A stretch of DNA of 64,000 nt from an uncultured Methanosarcinales archaeon. GTDB taxonomy: Archaea; Nanobdellota; Nanobdellia; Woesearchaeales; ARS49. How positions within the stretch are numbered: position 1 is the stretch's first letter; each line of letters starts with the position of its first letter. Below the pieces are notes generated by a model that was given only the letters and a program-made list of their open reading frames with translations, ran no database searches and was not told the origin of the DNA. Below are positions 63,999 to 64,000 of this stretch, in pieces. The position numbers and the translations under genes were made by a program. The stretch covers positions 127,340 through 191,339 of the forward strand of contig CAZWVL010000001.1 in assembly GCA_964637115.1 (NCBI GenBank), read 5' to 3'.

Positions 63999-64000
63999 CT
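63890..64000 (-). repeat. 42-nt in-frame tandem repeat encoding GAPQQIGQGGVFQQ, running off the window edge
   Basis: Two near-identical full units plus a partial third. Confidence 0.9.

Overview
This is an archaeal genome segment, most consistent with a DPANN (Woesearchaeota-like) organism. Support: archaeal SRP54, Dph6, a tRNA-Pro with a BHB-type intron, TATA/BRE-like promoters and short or absent leaders; the lineage call itself is inference. The first 27.5 kb mixes housekeeping genes (guaA C-terminus, stand-alone PurH IMP-cyclohydrolase domain, class II lysS, RimK plus protease, Dph6 plus glutamine amidotransferase, SRP54, tRNA-Pro) with several tandem paralog pairs. It also holds a cluster of five micro-ORFs (three absent from the supplied ORF track), a receiver-like/TPR/kinase-like protein flanked by four phosphatases, surface and pilin-like proteins, and an ADP-ribosylglycohydrolase operon. 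The remaining 36.5 kb is one minus-strand ORF of at least 12,163 codons that stays open to the window edge. From N to C it reads: three copies of [Cys-rich / transmembrane hairpin / lamin-tail-like domain], a long helical stalk, a Gly/Ala-rich hydrophobic segment, a SecA/SF2-like ATPase, then a chain of enzyme-like domains (PP2C phosphatase, Pol-beta-type nucleotidyltransferase, three copies of an unnamed D-x-C-C domain, PPP metallophosphoesterase, HEAT repeats, JAB/MPN peptidase) and a C-terminal membrane anchor. It is the main candidate for an undescribed system, possibly a membrane-tethered effector-delivery polyprotein. All domain calls come from reading motifs by eye; no database searches were run.
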